A stretch of 64,000 bases of DNA from a bacterium (lineage in GTDB: Bacteria > Patescibacteriota > Minisyncoccia > Phycocordibacterales > SBAW01). The stretch lies in NCBI GenBank assembly GCA_037139975.1, contig JBAXFJ010000002.1, positions 24,373 through 88,372 of the forward strand. Direction: 5' to 3'. The notes below the pieces were generated by a model. It did not search any database. It was not told the origin of the DNA and worked only from the letters and a program-made list of their open reading frames with translations. Shown piece after piece: positions 18,735 through 29,198 of this stretch; the stretch's first letter is position 1, and each line of letters begins with the position of its first letter. Both the position numbers and the translations under genes were made by a program.

Positions 18735-19796
18735 GTGAGGATTGGTTATAGGAATATTGTACTGGATGCAGAGAAGCGATTGCGAAAGGATATAGTTCTT
18801 GACCCTGAGCGGGCGCACCTTATTGAACGTCTCTTTCAGTTGTACGCCTCTGGTAATTATTCGGTTACGACCGCTCTTGCTGAAATTACACGTCTCGGCC
18901 TCCGTAGCCACACTGGCAATCCTCTTGCTCGTAGCAATATTGAGACAATTCTAAAAGACCCTTTTTATTATGGAATGGCTCGCTCAAAAAAATACGGTAA
19001 CTACCCGCACCGCTATCCGCACATCATTACCCGAGAGCTGTTCGAGCAATGCCAAGAGGTATTTCGTGGCCGCCACAAATCGACCTCCAAGCCAGTATCC
19101 GACCTGTTTATGTTTAAAGGGCTTCTGCATTGTGCTAACTGCGGTTGCCTTATGACCCCCGAGCGTAAAAAGGGCTATCTTATCTACTATTCCTGCACGA
19201 ATGCCAGAGGAGTATGCAAGCGGTTATATATACCCGAACAAACCCTCCTAAAGCCCGTACAGAGCGTATTTGAGGCGTTTGAGGCAATGCCCAAGGAAGT
19301 TGAGGAGCGGCTCTTGAGCGAGCTTAGAGCTTCAAACGAGGGCGAAGTTGAGTACCACAAGAAAGAGCTTGTTCGCATCCGCGCCGAGTACGACCGGACG
19401 CAGACCCGCGCTAACTCGCTGATGGACTTGCTCATCGACAAGAGTATTACTAAGGATGATTATGACAAAAAACTGCAAGAGCTAAAAGATAAACAATACC
19501 GTTTGGACATCGAAGCCGAAGAGCATACTCGCGCCGACCATGACTACAAACTCACTATCTCACAAGTGTTTTCTCTTTCTCGAAGGATGGGCGAAATTTT
19601 TAAAAGTTCTGAGGTGCACGAAAAACGAGCATTTCTCAACTATTTACTTCAGAACCCGACTGTATCGGGCAAAACCCTTGTATTTACAATGCGAAAACCC
19701 TTTGATGCAGTACTCGAAATAGCTAACTGTCCTCTCGGGCTGTGTCTCCTGAACAAAATCCGAACTTTTTTCCAAAACAATCCAACTGCTGACTAA
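18735..19796 (+). pseudogene. large serine recombinase lacking its N-terminal catalytic resolvase domain (copy A2)
   Basis: From GYRNIVLDAEKRLRKD onward it aligns with residues ~150-500 of the intact recombinase at 27690..29198 (recombinase domain, Cys zinc ribbon CANCGC...C..C, coiled-coil). The first ~55 codons of ORF 18567..19796 are unrelated junk with stops upstream. The catalytic-Ser region is absent. Confidence 0.6.
19603..19740 (+). repeat. direct repeat of recombinase 3' end (A2), ~97% identical to 17633-17772 (A1)
   Basis: Direct comparison. Both copies end ...cctctcgggctg, and the flanks differ after that. Confidence 0.8.
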
Positions 19797-20011
19797 TCGC
19801 ACGCGCGGAGCGCGTGGTGACTTGAAACTGCCTCGTACGCTCCGATTGAGTGGTGAAGCGAACCAATGCGCCTCGGACACGCTCGCGGACTCGCGTGTGC
19901 AAAAACCAAAAAATTTCCTTGCATTTTCCTCGCGTCTCCTCCCCCCACCCCTCCACCGCGAAGCGGAAAAAGAAATGGAAAGGAAATTTTTGGTTTTGCT
20001 TCGCCGTTTCA
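19741..20011 (+). repeat. element X, copy 1: ~270-bp GC-rich sequence, perfect inverted repeat of 27204-27472
   Basis: The reverse complement of 27204-27472 matches 19741-20011 essentially base for base (tgtctcctgaacaaaatccgaac ... ggttttgcttcgccgtttca). It contains several hairpins (CACGCGC-GGA-GCGCGTG and ACACGC...GCGTGT) and a C-rich tract (cctccccccacccctccacc). Confidence 0.85.
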
Positions 20012-20354
20012 GACTACAAAATGAACATTGGTATTATATCGCTTTGTGATTATTGTGCGTTGTTCATTCCTCCGTCCTCACGGCGACCGAGGCGCCCTGC
20101 TATCCGAGCTTTGTGGTAACTCTAACGCTCGCGAACCACACACAACCGCCTACGCATAGCCCGCTCGCATTCGCTCACGCTGGCTGCTTCGGCGTTGCGT
20201 GTGTTCGCTTGGTGGCTTCGAGAGAGTCTTGTGGTGGCTCTAAAGAATATGGGTTGTGCTAGGGGCACAAATAGATCTGTATGTGCTTGCCCCACCCACC
20301 CAGTGCGCACACAAGCCCGCTCGCAAAGACGAGAGGGTACGAGCGGGAGCTCCC

Positions 20355-23300
20355 TTAATTTAATCCATCGGCCATCAATTCTGCTTGTTTCAAGACATTT
20401 TCAGTCGCAATCAACTGTTCGTCTGGTGGATAGCCATATTTATTCAAGATTCTTTTCACATCACGACGTAATTTCGCGCGAACATTTTCTTTTAGTGTCC
20501 AGTCAATCGTTGCATTGCCTTTGACACTTTTTAGCACCTCCATTGCAATAACTGCTAACTGCTTGTCGCCAAGCACCTCTTTCGCACTCTCACTGTTGGC
20601 AAGGGCATCGTAGAAAGCGAGCTCATCCTCGTTCAAATCCAAACCCTCTCCTCTTTTGTCTGACTGCCTGATGTCTTTAGCGATTTTTATCAATTCTTCT
20701 ATGACCTGTGCTGAAGTCAAAAGATTGTTTTGATACTTACGGATAGCATTCTCAAGCATTTCAGACAATTTCTTGCTCTGAATAAAGTTCTTTCTTGTTC
20801 TCGTTCTTATTTCGTCATTTAAGAGTTTCTTTAGAAGTTCAAGTGCAATATTTTTTCGCTCCATATGCCGTACTTCTTCCAAAAATTCATCTGAAAGAAT
20901 AGAAATGTCTGGCTTCTTAATTCCAGCCGCATCAAATACATCAACAATACCTTCAGAGACAACTGCCTTATCTACTATTTGCCGAATGGCTGTTTCAATT
21001 TCCGCATCAGACTTGCCTCCGCCTGATGGTTCAAACTTTGTCAGACGCGCTTTAATTGCTTGGAAAAAGCCAACTTCGTCTTTAAGTTCCATAGCTTTTA
21101 AATTTGGGACAGACAGCGCAAATGCTTGCGACAATAAACCAACTTGTTTTGTATATCTATTTTTTCCGTCTTCTAATCCCAAAATATGTTCTTGCGCCTC
21201 AAGAATAATCGTCAGTTTTGCTCGCGTGTCACTGACAAAGTATTTTTTATAATCAAAACCATTAAACATCTGCTCAACGATTTCAAACTTCTCCAGCAGA
21301 GTCGCCACGGCTTCATTTTGATCAAGAGTAGGTGCACCTTGTCCGCCACTTGCTGTATAGGTTGCGAGAGCCGACTTCAAATCAGAAGCAATGCCAATAT
21401 AGTCCACAATCAAACCGCCCGGCTTATCCTTAAACACCCTATTCACACGAGCAATGGCTTGCATAAGATTGTGTCCGCGCATTGGCTTGTCCACATACAT
21501 CGTATGTAAACACGGCACATCAAAACCAGTCAGCCACATATCCCGCACGATAACCAAACGAAGTGGGTCCTTCTCGTCCTTAAATCGCTCACCAATAGCT
21601 TTTCGGTCTTGTTTGCTTGTACTGTGCGTTTGCCAATTTTCAGGATCAGAAGATGAAGAAGTCATTACCACTTTTATTGCGCCTTTTTTAAAATCAGTAT
21701 CGTGCCAATCAGGACGAATTTTAATAATCTCTTCGTACAGTTCAACCGCAATCCGACGACTCATACACACAATCATTCCTTTACCTTCAAAAGCTTCTCG
21801 TCTTTTTTCAAAGTGATCCACCACATCAGCAGCAACTACAGCTAATCTGTCTCTGTGACCAACAATGGCCTCTAATTGTGCCCATTTTGCTTTCGCCTTG
21901 TCTTTTGCATTACTTTCTTCACACTCAGTAATTGATTCCACCTCTTCATCGAGTTTAGCCGCTTCTTCTGGCTTCAGATGCACTTTTGCCAGTCGTGATT
22001 CATAATAAATACGCACAGTCGCGCCATCTTCTACTGCTTGTGCGATATCATAAACATCAACATAGCTTCCGAACACCGCCGGTGTTGAGGCGTCTTCTTT
22101 TTCAATAGGTGTTCCGGTAAATCCAATAAACGATGCTGCAGGTAAAGCATCACGTAAATATTTTGCAAAGCCATATTTCGTAAATATTTCACCATCTTTC
22201 TCGGTGGTCTTTGCACCAAATCCATACTGACTACGATGCGCTTCATCAGCGATAACAATAATATTTTTTCTATCAGATAATAAATCAAAATTCACAGCAC
22301 CGTCTTCAGGGAAAAACTTTTGAATAGTTGAAAAGATAATTCCTCCACCAGCAACTTTCAAAAGCTCTTTCAAATTTTGTCGATTTTCAGCTTTTACTGG
22401 ATCTTGCCTGAGCAATTGCTTACATCCAGCGAAAGTATCGAAAAGCTGTTCGTCCAAATCGTTTCTGTCAGTAATAACCACAATCGTTGGATTGTTCAAT
22501 TTTAAAACTGTCTTTCCAGTATAGAAAACCATCGAGAGAGATTTTCCACTTCCTTGCGTATGCCACACGACGCCGGCTTTTCTGTCGCCGTTTTCACTAG
22601 ATGCCACAAGTGTCTTTTCAATCGCCTTATTCACCGCAAAATACTGATGATACGCCGCGATTTTTTTGACAGTAATAACCGATGCCAAACCAGTTTTTTC
22701 ATCTTCTTTTTTTGTTTTTTCAAATACCACAAAATACCCGACAAGATCCAGAAGCACTTGTTTGTTCAACATTCCCTTTGTCAGTGTTTCAATCTGTGGA
22801 ACAGTCGCCTTGTCTTCTTTGTATCCGTCGCTCGATTTCCACGCGAGGAAACGAGAAATATCCGATGAAATAGTTCCCATTTTGGCATCCAGACCATCAG
22901 ACGCCACCAAGGCGGCGTTATAGTAGAAAAGTGAAGGAATGGCGTTTTTGTAATTCTGTAGTTGCGTAAAGGCTTTGGCAACGGTAGCATTTTCATCCAC
23001 CGGATTTTTGAGTTCAATCACCACCAGTGGTAAACCATTTACAAACAAAACCACATCTGGTCGCTTTGTAATATTATTTTCCGTCACCGTGAATTGATTG
23101 CACACTATAAATTCATTGTTCTCGACATTGTCAAAGTCCACCAGTCGCACTTTGTCGCCCTTGATGCCATCCGCTCCCAACACTTCTACTTCTATGCCTT
23201 CGGTGAGCAGGCGATGAAAAGCTTCATTGTTGTCCATCAAGTTTTGGCTCGGCAAGTTGAGCACCATGCGGAGCGCCTGCTCTTTGGCCTCATCCGCAAT

Positions 23301-23468
23301 AGTGGGATTGAGAGTATCAATCGCATGCTTCAAGCGATTCCTCAAAACCACCTGTCCCAAATCAGTGCGTTCTAACTCTTGATCCTCCGGCGACAAATAC
23401 TGCCAACCTTGATTTTCCAAAAGCTCGATGACTAATTCTTCAATTGTTGATTCAAATATTTTAGTCAT
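20355..23468 (-). CDS. hsdR: Type I restriction enzyme, R subunit
   Basis: 1037 aa. SF2 helicase motifs (GSGKS-like [15 protein letters not shown] box [11 protein letters not shown]) and an N-terminal nuclease region, typical of HsdR. Confidence 0.9.
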   Translation of the reverse strand: MTKIFESTIEELVIELLENQGWQYLSPEDQELERTDLGQVVLRNRLKHAIDTLNPTIADEAKEQALRMVLNLPSQNLMDNNEAFHRLLTEGIEVEVLGADGIKGDKVRLVDFDNVENNEFIVCNQFTVTENNITKRPDVVLFVNGLPLVVIELKNPVDENATVAKAFTQLQNYKNAIPSLFYYNAALVASDGLDAKMGTISSDISRFLAWKSSDGYKEDKATVPQIETLTKGMLNKQVLLDLVGYFVVFEKTKKEDEKTGLASVITVKKIAAYHQYFAVNKAIEKTLVASSENGDRKAGVVWHTQGSGKSLSMVFYTGKTVLKLNNPTIVVITDRNDLDEQLFDTFAGCKQLLRQDPVKAENRQNLKELLKVAGGGIIFSTIQKFFPEDGAVNFDLLSDRKNIIVIADEAHRSQYGFGAKTTEKDGEIFTKYGFAKYLRDALPAASFIGFTGTPIEKEDASTPAVFGSYVDVYDIAQAVEDGATVRIYYESRLAKVHLKPEEAAKLDEEVESITECEESNAKDKAKAKWAQLEAIVGHRDRLAVVAADVVDHFEKRREAFEGKGMIVCMSRRIAVELYEEIIKIRPDWHDTDFKKGAIKVVMTSSSSDPENWQTHSTSKQDRKAIGERFKDEKDPLRLVIVRDMWLTGFDVPCLHTMYVDKPMRGHNLMQAIARVNRVFKDKPGGLIVDYIGIASDLKSALATYTASGGQGAPTLDQNEAVATLLEKFEIVEQMFNGFDYKKYFVSDTRAKLTIILEAQEHILGLEDGKNRYTKQVGLLSQAFALSVPNLKAMELKDEVGFFQAIKARLTKFEPSGGGKSDAEIETAIRQIVDKAVVSEGIVDVFDAAGIKKPDISILSDEFLEEVRHMERKNIALELLKKLLNDEIRTRTRKNFIQSKKLSEMLENAIRKYQNNLLTSAQVIEELIKIAKDIRQSDKRGEGLDLNEDELAFYDALANSESAKEVLGDKQLAVIAMEVLKSVKGNATIDWTLKENVRAKLRRDVKRILNKYGYPPDEQLIATENVLKQAELMADGLN

Positions 23469-23479
23469 AAATTATATTT

Positions 23480-24091
23480 TTACTTGTCATCAATTTCTCT
23501 GTTTTGAAAATCCACCAAAGCTTCTTTGTATGCTTCGTAATCTGTGGCATACAAAACCTTACTTGGTAATAATGTTATTTTACCAAAGGTAATTTTTTCA
23601 TAATCTTCATCAAATGAATCGTTAAAATCTGTATTCTCTTCATATTTGATTTGAATATCAAAAACAGCCTCTCGTATTTCTCTTTCTGATTTTGCTTGCT
23701 CAACTTTTTCAGTATATTCAATCTTTCTTAGGACCGAACGTTTTTCCATCTGGTTTTCTTCATGCTTCTGATAAAACTTTTTAGAAACAAGAGAAAGCCA
23801 CCATACAAACACAAAAGAAGAAGTAAATGGAATTATGAAAAGATGCAAAACACTTAATACATCAAAACGATACATTTGTGCCATGTAATCCACTTTCAGG
23901 ATTTGCTGCGTTTTCAGAATAGTCTCCTGGTCTGCAAAAAATAGTGTATATACAAACTTCCAATTTGTGACAATCCATGAAATAAGAAAATAAAAATACA
24001 TCGGACTAAAAAGTCGGTCTTGTATTATTTCCCCAGCTTTTTCAAAAGCTTTTGAAGTTGTTTCTGTAATTTTTGATAGTGAGTTTTCCAT
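23480..24091 (-). CDS. hypothetical two-TM membrane protein embedded in the Type I R-M operon (function unknown)
   Basis: 203 aa. TM1 SPMYFYFLISWIVTNWKFVYTLFF, TM2 VLSVLHLFIIPFTSSFVFVWWLSLV, then a charged ~100-aa C-terminal domain. 12 bp after hsdR and 4 bp before hsdS. Confidence 0.5.
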   Translation of the reverse strand: MENSLSKITETTSKAFEKAGEIIQDRLFSPMYFYFLISWIVTNWKFVYTLFFADQETILKTQQILKVDYMAQMYRFDVLSVLHLFIIPFTSSFVFVWWLSLVSKKFYQKHEENQMEKRSVLRKIEYTEKVEQAKSEREIREAVFDIQIKYEENTDFNDSFDEDYEKITFGKITLLPSKVLYATDYEAYKEALVDFQNREIDDK

Positions 24092-24094
24092 AAC

Positions 24095-25360
24095 TTAATT
24101 ATTAAACCCTTTAACACGAACCTCACCTTTCATTAATTTTGGCAAAAGGGTATCGCGGAGAGCGGAGAGGGTTTGGATTTGGAAACAATTACCAGATATT
24201 TTTTCCATAATAGGATCTGCTAACATAAAATATTTTTCTAATACACTTTTTGTTGGGATTAAAAAATCAAAATTATTGACATCATTTTTATTGATATGTT
24301 GCTGAGCCCCACCAGTGGCAGTATTTATAATATTTGAGACATTTTCCACCATCCAATAGTAAAGATAAGAAGAAGAAAATTTCTCATTCGGCAAAAGCCC
24401 TATAACTGATTGATTTCCGGCTGACTCAATTTCCAAGCGACTAATTTGCCCAAGAGTTGCTCCAGTAATTGCAATAACAACCGTTCCTTTCGGCATGAGT
24501 TTCGCTGCTGACTCCTCAAGAGCTTTTTTGGTGATATATGCGGATGGTTCATATATTCTAAAATCATTAACCTTTCCAGAATTTATCCAAGGAACTGTTC
24601 CGTCCTCCCAATACTCTTTTTTTTCTGTATTTGGAGTTCCTCCCAAAATTGTTTGTATTTCATCCCCCAACTTCCCAACTATCCATCCCTCTGGAATTTG
24701 GCTGAGTTCTAAATCAATCATTTTGCGGGTAGCACCGGGAAAATTAAAATTTACAAACCACTCTTTAAAAATCACTTGCGCAATAGCTTCAAGGGTTTTG
24801 TTCTGCTCACGTAAAAGCTCAACCTTGCTATCCAAAGACGACAACACTGCCGCAATGACACGCTGTTCGGAGAGTTCAGGAATCGTAAGTGAAAGACCCT
24901 TCAGCTTAGTAATAGTATATGCTTCTTGAGTAGAACCAATTTTTGCATATGATAAAATTTCTTTTCCCTGTGGAGAAACTATCCAATAAAAAAGAAATTT
25001 CGGAAGCAAATCTTTATAGTTTCGGAACCAAGTCAAATTTCCATCTTTAAAATAAAACTTGAGATCTCTTTCCACCAAGTAAGGATTCCCGAGTGTTCCA
25101 ACTGAGGTTAGTAAAATATCATTTTCTTCAGGGACTCCAAAATTATTTTTTATATCATTATATTTTTCTTCAGATATAAATAATTCAGTTGATATATTGT
25201 GTCCATTATATTTTTCTGTAATTTCTTTCCCTCTAAAAAATGGGATACCAAAAGTTTTGTATTCTTCGGCAAAAATCCTCTTTGACGACGTAATCTCTGC
25301 CACCTTTCCCAATGTCGTCATTTTCCAGCCTTTTGGAATTGTAGAAGTTTGATCTGCCAT
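24095..25360 (-). CDS. hsdS: Type I restriction-modification specificity subunit
   Basis: 421 aa with two target-recognition-domain halves separated by conserved repeat regions (LSEQRVIAAVLSSLDSKVELLREQNKTLEAIAQVIFKEWF and LPKLMKGEV). Confidence 0.85.
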   Translation of the reverse strand: MADQTSTIPKGWKMTTLGKVAEITSSKRIFAEEYKTFGIPFFRGKEITEKYNGHNISTELFISEEKYNDIKNNFGVPEENDILLTSVGTLGNPYLVERDLKFYFKDGNLTWFRNYKDLLPKFLFYWIVSPQGKEILSYAKIGSTQEAYTITKLKGLSLTIPELSEQRVIAAVLSSLDSKVELLREQNKTLEAIAQVIFKEWFVNFNFPGATRKMIDLELSQIPEGWIVGKLGDEIQTILGGTPNTEKKEYWEDGTVPWINSGKVNDFRIYEPSAYITKKALEESAAKLMPKGTVVIAITGATLGQISRLEIESAGNQSVIGLLPNEKFSSSYLYYWMVENVSNIINTATGGAQQHINKNDVNNFDFLIPTKSVLEKYFMLADPIMEKISGNCFQIQTLSALRDTLLPKLMKGEVRVKGFNN

Positions 25361-25362
25361 AA

Positions 25363-26910
25363 TTATTCTAAATTAAACCCAACATTTTTGAGTTGTTTTT
25401 TTATTTCTTCATCCAATTTCTTTTCTTCGGCCATCTGCTCTGCGAGTTTAGTGGTCAATCCAGCGATTTTGTCGGCAAACGGAATACCGTCGTCAATTTC
25501 ATCTTCTATACCGACATATCTTCCCGGAGTAAGAACAAAATTATGTTTGGTGATTTCCTCTATGCCCGCTGATTTGCAAAAACCTTTGATGTCTTTGTAT
25601 TTACCATCGCGCTTGCGCCACTCATGATAGGTGCCGGCGACTTTTGCCATATCGTCTTCTGAAAATTCACGGTGTGTTTTGTCTGCCATGTGGCCGACTT
25701 CGCTCGTGTCGATGAAAAGAATTTCTCCTGTGCGCTTCCTGTCGCCATTACCTGTGCGCTTGCGCGAGATAAACCAAATACACGCCGGAATGCCAGTGTT
25801 ATAAAAAAGCTGTTTCGGAAGTGCAACGATACAATCCACCAAATCATTTTCAATCAGTGACTTTCTAATATCACCCTCATTGTTGGTCTGACTGGAAAGT
25901 GAGCCGTTCGCAAGCACACACGCCATTACACCATGTGGTGAGAGGTGGTAGATCATGTGCTGAAGCCACGCATAGTTGGCATTTGAAGCTGGAGGCATAC
26001 CGTATTGCCAACGTGGATCATTTTGGAGAAGTTGCCCAGACCAGTCGCTGTCATTGAAAGGCGGATTTGCTAAGACAAAATCGGCTTTAAGGTCTTTATG
26101 TGTGTCATTCAAAAATGAGCCTTCAGTGTTCCATTTCACTTGTGAGCCATCAATGCCACGAATAGCAAGGTTCATTCGGCACAAGCGGTATGTTGTTTGG
26201 TTACTTTCTTGTCCGTAAATAGAAATATCCTCAACATTTCCTCGATGTTCTTTGATGAATTTTTCACTCATAATAAACATCCCGCCACTACCACAAGCTG
26301 GGTCATATACTCTGCCTTTGTATGGCTCAATCATTTCCACCATGATGCGGACGATTGATTTTGGCGTGTAGAATTGTCCGCCTTTTTTACCTTCAGCGTT
26401 TGCAAATTCACCAAGGAAATACTCATATACTCTACCGAGTAAATCTTTACTTTTTGCCGCTTCGGTACCAAGGGCGATATTGCCGACCATATCAATGAGT
26501 CCGCCAAGCGATGCTTTGTCTAGATTTGGGCGGGCGTATACTTTTGGCAAAATACCTTTGAGTGTCGGATTTTCCTTTTCTATTGCCTCCATGGCGTCGT
26601 CGAGGTCTTTTCCAATAGACGGAAGTTTGGCGCGTGAGTGAAGATATGACCAACGGGCAATTTGCGGAACGAAAAAGACATTTTCTGCGCGATATTCATC
26701 GGCGTCTTCAGGATTCGCTCCATAAAAATCATTACCACCGGCTTTTATCTTTGCATACAACTCTTCAAATGAATCCGAAATGTATTTGAGAAAGATGAGT
26801 CCAAGCACAATATGCTTATATTCTGCAGCGTCCATATTCTTGCGCAACTTATCTGCCGCCTTAAACAGCGTCTTCTCAAATGATTCTGTTTTGTTGTTTT
26901 CTTTTTTCAT
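25363..26910 (-). CDS. hsdM: Type I restriction-modification DNA methyltransferase (N6-adenine)
   Basis: 515 aa. NPPF motif ([12 protein letters not shown]), SAM-binding [10 protein letters not shown], and an HsdM N-terminal domain. Confidence 0.9.
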   Translation of the reverse strand: MKKENNKTESFEKTLFKAADKLRKNMDAAEYKHIVLGLIFLKYISDSFEELYAKIKAGGNDFYGANPEDADEYRAENVFFVPQIARWSYLHSRAKLPSIGKDLDDAMEAIEKENPTLKGILPKVYARPNLDKASLGGLIDMVGNIALGTEAAKSKDLLGRVYEYFLGEFANAEGKKGGQFYTPKSIVRIMVEMIEPYKGRVYDPACGSGGMFIMSEKFIKEHRGNVEDISIYGQESNQTTYRLCRMNLAIRGIDGSQVKWNTEGSFLNDTHKDLKADFVLANPPFNDSDWSGQLLQNDPRWQYGMPPASNANYAWLQHMIYHLSPHGVMACVLANGSLSSQTNNEGDIRKSLIENDLVDCIVALPKQLFYNTGIPACIWFISRKRTGNGDRKRTGEILFIDTSEVGHMADKTHREFSEDDMAKVAGTYHEWRKRDGKYKDIKGFCKSAGIEEITKHNFVLTPGRYVGIEDEIDDGIPFADKIAGLTTKLAEQMAEEKKLDEEIKKQLKNVGFNLE

Positions 26911-26912
26911 AA

Positions 26913-27110
26913 TTATTTCTGTATCAAGTCATCAACCTTGATTTCGAGTGCCTTGGCTATTTTAGACAAGGTGTCGATTGTGGGGTTTTGATTGACTCCA
27001 TTCTCAATCTTAACAATCGTATTGAGAGACAAATCGGCAAGTCGAGCGACTTTTTCGAGGGAATAGCCTTTTTCGGCTCTGATCTTTTTTAAATTGCTTG
27101 CAATGCTCAT
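26913..27110 (-). CDS. XRE-family helix-turn-helix transcriptional regulator (controller-like, first gene of the R-M operon)
   Basis: 65 aa: [32 protein letters not shown]. It ends 3 nt before the hsdM start. Confidence 0.7.
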   Translation of the reverse strand: MSIASNLKKIRAEKGYSLEKVARLADLSLNTIVKIENGVNQNPTIDTLSKIAKALEIKVDDLIQK

Positions 27111-27203
27111 ATGAAATCTTGTATAATTTAGTATATAGAATATAATATAAATTATGGATTCTTTACATTTAAATCATACCGAATTTATGAGCAAAAGTAA
27201 ATA

Positions 27204-27472
27204 TGAAACGGCGAAGCAAAACCAAAAATTTCCTTTCCATTTCTTTTTCCGCTTCGCGGTGGAGGGGTGGGGGGAGGAGACGCGAGGAAAATGCAAGGAA
27301 ATTTTTTGGTTTTTGCACACGCGAGTCCGCGAGCGTGTCCGAGGCGCATTGGTTCGCTTCACCACTCAATCGGAGCGTACGAGGCAGTTTCAAGTCACCA
27401 CGCGCTCCGCGCGTGCGATTAGTCAGCAGTTGGATTGTTTTGGAAAAAAGTTCGGATTTTGTTCAGGAGACA
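27204..27472 (-). repeat. element X, copy 2 (inverted relative to 19741-20011)
   Basis: See copy 1. The outer end joins a recombinase 3' end through the same ...ggctg|tgtctcctg junction. Confidence 0.85.
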
Positions 27473-27475
27473 CAG

Positions 27476-27606
27476 CCAAAATTCAGAATTCGTTTTTTCG
27501 CCAAAATTCGGAGCGTCGCAAAGCGACGCGACGGGGGTTTCCGCCAGAATTCGCCAAGGGTTTTTGAAATCCAAAAGAAGCGAGCGGGACGCGAGGCGGG
27601 GGTTTA
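27476..27606 (-). repeat. recombinase 3'-end repeat B' (perfect 131-bp inverted copy of 29040-29170)
   Basis: The reverse complement is identical to the last 131 bp of the intact recombinase gene (encoding NPRLASRSLLLDFKNPWRILAETPVASLCDAPNFGEKTNSEFWL). Here it continues in frame into X, giving the tail ...CLLNKIRTFFQNNPTAD. Confidence 0.85.
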
Positions 27607-27689
27607 TGATGAGTACATCATTCAAAACTTCGTTTTGCGAGCCAATCTGGAAGCGAATAACTATCAATATTTAACATAAACTTTTTTCT

Positions 27690-29198
27690 ATGAACAAATT
27701 CTTTCTTTACGCCAGAAAATCTACCGACGAGCCCGATCGTCAGATTTTGAGTATTGAATCGCAGATTGACGAGTTGAAAGAATTTGCAGAGCGAGAGCAG
27801 TTAGAGATTGTTGAAACTTTTGTTGAATCACAGACCGCTAAAGAGCCGGGCAGACCTATTTTCAACAATATGCTCTCGCTCATAGAAAAAGGCAAAGCGT
27901 CGGGAATTTTAGCTTGGCATCCCGATAGATTGGCAAGAAATAGTATTGATGGTGGAAAGATAATCTATCTGTGTGACCTCGGTAAAATTAAAGAGCTAAA
28001 ATTCCCGACATTTTGGTTCGACGCTACGCCACAAGGTAAGTTTATGTTAAATATTGCTTTTGGGCAGAGCAAATACTATGTAGATAATCTTTCAGAGAAT
28101 GTGAAGCGTGGACTTCGCCAAAAAGTAAGACGAGGCGAACAAAGTGGTCAAGCACCGACGGGATATTTGAATGACAAGTTGAACAAGAAAATTGTTCCCG
28201 ACATGGAGAGATTTCGCCTCGTCAAAAAAATGTTCGAAGTCTACGCTACTGGAAATTATTCTCTGAAAGATACGAGGAATTTGCTCGCCCAAAAGGGCTT
28301 GGTGTCTAAAAATGGTAAAGTTCTCACTATTTCAAACACGCAAATGATATTGAGAAATCCTTTTTACTATGGAATGTTTTTATTTAACAAAGAACTTTAC
28401 CAAGGAAAGCACGAGCCAGCGATTTCAAAGAAACTTTTTGATAAATGCGCGGAAGTATCGGCGAGGAATGCTCACCCGATGAAGCGAGGAATTAACAAGC
28501 ATGTTTTTCGCGGAATATTTTTGTGTGAAGAATGCGGTTGTGGCATAACCAGCGAAGTGCAAAAAGGTCATACCTATTATCGTTGTACCAAAAAGAAAGG
28601 TGTCTGCACACAAAAATATATCCGCGAAGAATTCCTCGCCGAACAAGCTAATGACATTATCAAAAAAGTTTCTTTGTCGTCAGAGTGGAAAGAATTCATG
28701 CTCGCTGAACTCGACAAGGAACAAGCGAGCAGTTTCCACTCTGACGCCCTTTTCGTTCAAAATCTGAAAAATCAAATCAAAAGTGTTGAGGAGACGCTAG
28801 ACAGGCTTCTTGACGCTCATTTGGACAGCGCCATTACGAGCGAGGAGTATATCGGGAAGAAGCAAAAACTCCTCAACCAAAAGATTGATTTTTCAGAGAA
28901 ATTGAATGATTTTGAACGAAAAGGTAATCGCTGGCTCGAACTTTCTAAACAATTCATTTTAGACAGTAACCAAGCCATAATTATCGCTTCCGAAGAAAAT
29001 CTCGAAGCCAAAAGAGATTTTCTTAAAAAGATTGGCTCGAACCCCCGCCTCGCGTCCCGCTCGCTTCTTTTGGATTTCAAAAACCCTTGGCGAATTCTGG
29101 CGGAAACCCCCGTCGCGTCGCTTTGCGACGCTCCGAATTTTGGCGAAAAAACGAATTCTGAATTTTGGCTGGGATACAGGGATTCGAACCCCGATTAA
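27690..29198 (+). CDS. large serine recombinase (integrase), full length
   Basis: 502 aa. N-terminal resolvase catalytic domain (YARKSTDEPDRQ...SIESQ), recombinase domain, Cys zinc ribbon (CEECGC...C..C) and a C-terminal coiled-coil. The last 11 codons overlap tRNA-Gln on the opposite strand. Confidence 0.85.
   Translation: MNKFFLYARKSTDEPDRQILSIESQIDELKEFAEREQLEIVETFVESQTAKEPGRPIFNNMLSLIEKGKASGILAWHPDRLARNSIDGGKIIYLCDLGKIKELKFPTFWFDATPQGKFMLNIAFGQSKYYVDNLSENVKRGLRQKVRRGEQSGQAPTGYLNDKLNKKIVPDMERFRLVKKMFEVYATGNYSLKDTRNLLAQKGLVSKNGKVLTISNTQMILRNPFYYGMFLFNKELYQGKHEPAISKKLFDKCAEVSARNAHPMKRGINKHVFRGIFLCEECGCGITSEVQKGHTYYRCTKKKGVCTQKYIREEFLAEQANDIIKKVSLSSEWKEFMLAELDKEQASSFHSDALFVQNLKNQIKSVEETLDRLLDAHLDSAITSEEYIGKKQKLLNQKIDFSEKLNDFERKGNRWLELSKQFILDSNQAIIIASEENLEAKRDFLKKIGSNPRLASRSLLLDFKNPWRILAETPVASLCDAPNFGEKTNSEFWLGYRDSNPD
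29040..29170 (+). repeat. recombinase 3'-end repeat B (partner of 27476-27606)
   Basis: See B'. The copy ends ...ttttggctg, where the last bases are the complement of the tRNA-Gln CCA, discriminator and acceptor end. Confidence 0.85.

Larger units (their letters stand above)
17560..29170. mobile_element. putative tRNA-Gln-associated integrative/invertible island: serine recombinases, nested inverted repeats, Type I R-M cargo
   Basis: AT-rich relative to the flanking core. A full large serine recombinase has its 3' end overlapping tRNA-Gln. There are additional recombinase remnants. The R-M operon is flanked by perfect inverted repeats. The left boundary is uncertain. Confidence 0.5.

Noticed and set aside
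19644-20049. ORFs of 75-78 aa inside element X (19644..19880, 19723..19956, 19822..20049), with twins at 27154..27567
   Set aside because: They occur identically in both inverted X copies only because X is repeated. They cross the recombinase/X junction, have no motifs, and X is hairpin-rich, so I treat X as non-coding.
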